Part shown: positions 62,845-64,000 of the stretch, piece after piece | Position numbering within the stretch: position 1 is the stretch's first letter | Layout of the letters: each line of letters begins with the position of its first letter | Assembly (NCBI RefSeq): GCF_004010195.1 | Contig: NC_057751.1 | Coordinates: forward strand, 13,855,428-13,919,427 | Direction: 5' to 3' | Source: Chiloscyllium plagiosum | Lineage: Eukaryota | DNA: 64,000 bases | Notes under the pieces: model-generated | What the model was told of the DNA's origin: nothing | What the model saw: the letters and a program-made list of their open reading frames with translations, nothing else | Databases searched by the model: none | Program-made: the position numbers and the translations under genes

Positions 62845-63611
62845 TGTTATGAAGTTGAAGATGTATACTGTACCTTTAAGAGAGAGTGAACGCTGTTCTG
62901 AACTGAGAGCTTACAAGCATCTGTGTGATATGACTAGATAGCAATCTCAGAATGGACGAGAAAATTGAAAAATGTAACATTTGGCTGTGAAATGGATGCC
63001 TGAGCTTTGGTTGCTATCTTAACAATTTGAATTTAACCAGTTTAAATTATGCCCCATGACACTAAAACCCAATTGACTTTGAATTTATTGTTTTGGCAAC
63101 ATCAAACCAATGAGAACGATCCAATGTTGGGAATGTGAAAATGTGGATATTTTGAAAATTGGAGACAGAGCAACTACCAGAAAGATAGAAACAAGAAATT
63201 AGGAAACACTGTCTATCAAGGCTACCCTTTCATATGAAACATGTTTGCAGTAAAAAGAAAGAAGATGACCCAGGGAGATCCTCAGTCGGAAGAGGGAAGT
63301 CACAGAAGGGGACAGCAGCTGTGTGGTTTTGTAATTAAGTTGATGTAATTTTAATGTGCCATATTGGAACAGCATATTGTTATATAGTTATAGCAGTTAA
63401 TAAACAGTTAAGAGAAAGGGGGGCTTTGAGTTGTGAATAATTGGTGTCTAATGTTCACTTTTAGAGTTAAAAAATAAATTGATGTTATTTTCATTACAGA
63501 GTGGAACTTGGGAGTTCTCTGTCACTCATGCTTTAACAGATTACAAGGCGGGGTGAGCTTTTCTGGGTGTTTGGTTTAATTAACAGAAAGGTTCATCACC
63601 ATGTCGTAACA
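62845..63611 (+). mobile_element. Solo LTR with a perfect 4-bp TSD
   Basis: Runs TGTTATGA...TCGTAACA with CTAT on both sides (62841-62844 and 63612-63615). Confidence 0.88.
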
Positions 63612-63699
63612 CTATGATCTGCCTATACTGCTCACAAACAAAGCTTTTCACTGTGTGTAGGTATACATGACAATAAATCAAATAAAAACGTATTGTATT

Positions 63700-64000
63700 C
63701 AGTTCTGATCTCCTTGCTATAGGGAGGATGTTGTGAAACTTGAAATGGTTCAGAAAATATTTCCAAGGATGTTGCCAGTGTTGGAGGGTTTGAGCTGGAG
63801 GGGGAAGATGAGTAGGCAGGGGCTGTTTTCCCTGGAGCATTGGAGGCTGAGGGGTGACTGTATGAAAGTTTATAAAATTATGAGGGGCATAGATGGGTGA
63901 ATAGCTAAGGTCTTTTCCCCAGGGTAGCAGAATCCAAGGGCATAGGATGAAGGTGAGAGGGGAAAGATTTAAAAGGGACCCAAGGGGCAACATTTTCACA
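63700..64000 (+). mobile_element. HER1/CR1 3' fragment running off the window end
   Basis: KLEMVQKIFPRMLPVLEGLS and LFSLEHWRLRGD. Confidence 0.85.

Overview
This is eukaryotic genomic DNA, very probably from a shark or ray, judged from the repeat content: HE1-type V-SINEs with (AATCT)n tails, their partner HER1/CR1 LINEs, and a SacSINE1-like DeuSINE. There are three assembly gaps (22802-23717, 24389-25073, 30764-30843). The window is intronic or intergenic and dominated by decayed transposable elements. These include two L1 copies with intact 5' ends, a Mag-clade Gypsy element with PR/RT/RH/INT, PPT and 3' LTR, a Gmr1-like integrase remnant, several solo LTRs, CR1, L2 and Rex1 LINE fragments, a TA-flanked MITE, and many Penelope-like element (PLE) fragments. 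I could not identify an intact host gene; only weak exon candidates were seen. The most notable signal is about a dozen minimal hammerhead-ribozyme motifs (CUGANGA...GAAA) in the terminal repeats of two clear PLE families and a likely third. Several have intact cores, and several sit in ~150-210 bp fold-back elements. Other points of interest are a ~3 kb RT-less L1 that keeps its 5' end, poly(A) and TSD, a 25-bp minisatellite with a near-perfect 125-bp higher-order repeat, and multi-layer nested insertions. All family assignments come from recognising motifs by eye and were not checked against databases.
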